Source of the DNA: Psammoneis japonica
Lineage: Eukaryota
Assembly: GCA_008632985.1 (NCBI GenBank)
Contig: QPGO01000278.1
Span: 1 to 64,000 of the forward strand
DNA length: 64,000 bases
Direction: 5' to 3'
Shown here: one piece after another, positions 63,944 through 64,000 of the stretch
Numbering within the stretch: the stretch's first letter is position 1
Layout: each line of letters opens with the position of its first letter
Made by a program: the position numbers and the translations under genes
The notes under the pieces: model-generated
Told to the model about the DNA's origin: nothing
Database searches by the model: none
The model's input: the letters and a program-made list of their open reading frames with translations, nothing else

Positions 63944-64000
63944 ACGGTGTTTCTTTTTGCATTGATCGCATTGAGCACGCTTTTTTTAGCCCAGTCCTCC

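Noticed and set aside
900..64000. Hundreds of overlapping Cys/His-rich ORFs in all six frames
   Set aside because: A by-product of TpA loss: TAA/TAG stops vanish and TGY/CAY codons accumulate. They are not genes or metal-binding proteins.
900..64000. Alternative genetic code (Cys/His codons read as Tyr)
   Set aside because: Normal Tyr codons are used in 1-900, the same site is Cys in one copy and His in another, and non-coding LTRs and TSDs change in the same way.
900..64000. Classical fungal RIP or CpG decay as sole explanation
   Set aside because: RIP creates TpA, and CpG decay cannot alter TAY codons. CpG-rich elements are still TpA-free.

Overview
Eukaryotic, gene-free heterochromatin-like window made almost entirely of nested, decayed transposons. 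The retroelement protein style resembles diatom Ty1/copia (CoDi-type) and Ty3/gypsy elements; the taxon is an inference. It holds two Ty3/gypsy copies, a probable tyrosine-recombinase retroelement gag, four copies of one Copia family (A1-A4), four other Copia elements (B, C, D, E), a TRIM, two non-autonomous TIR elements and several tandem repeats. No host gene or true RNA gene is supported. The main signal is a post-integration DNA hypermutation that converts TpA into TpG or CpA (A-to-G on either strand), the reverse of fungal RIP. It turns conserved Tyr into Cys or His (YVDD to CVDD/HVDD), removes TAA/TAG stops, and makes paired LTRs, TIRs and target-site duplications differ by TG/CA swaps. 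It fades out over the first ~1 kb of the window, leaves patchy protected islands, and is partly uncoupled from CpG decay. Secondary signals are a TRIM with an internal tRNA-like Pol III promoter, Copia LTRs that apparently ended in CG...CG, and probable half-tRNA-Asn priming. Element labels (A1-A4, B-E, G1, G2, R1) are mine.
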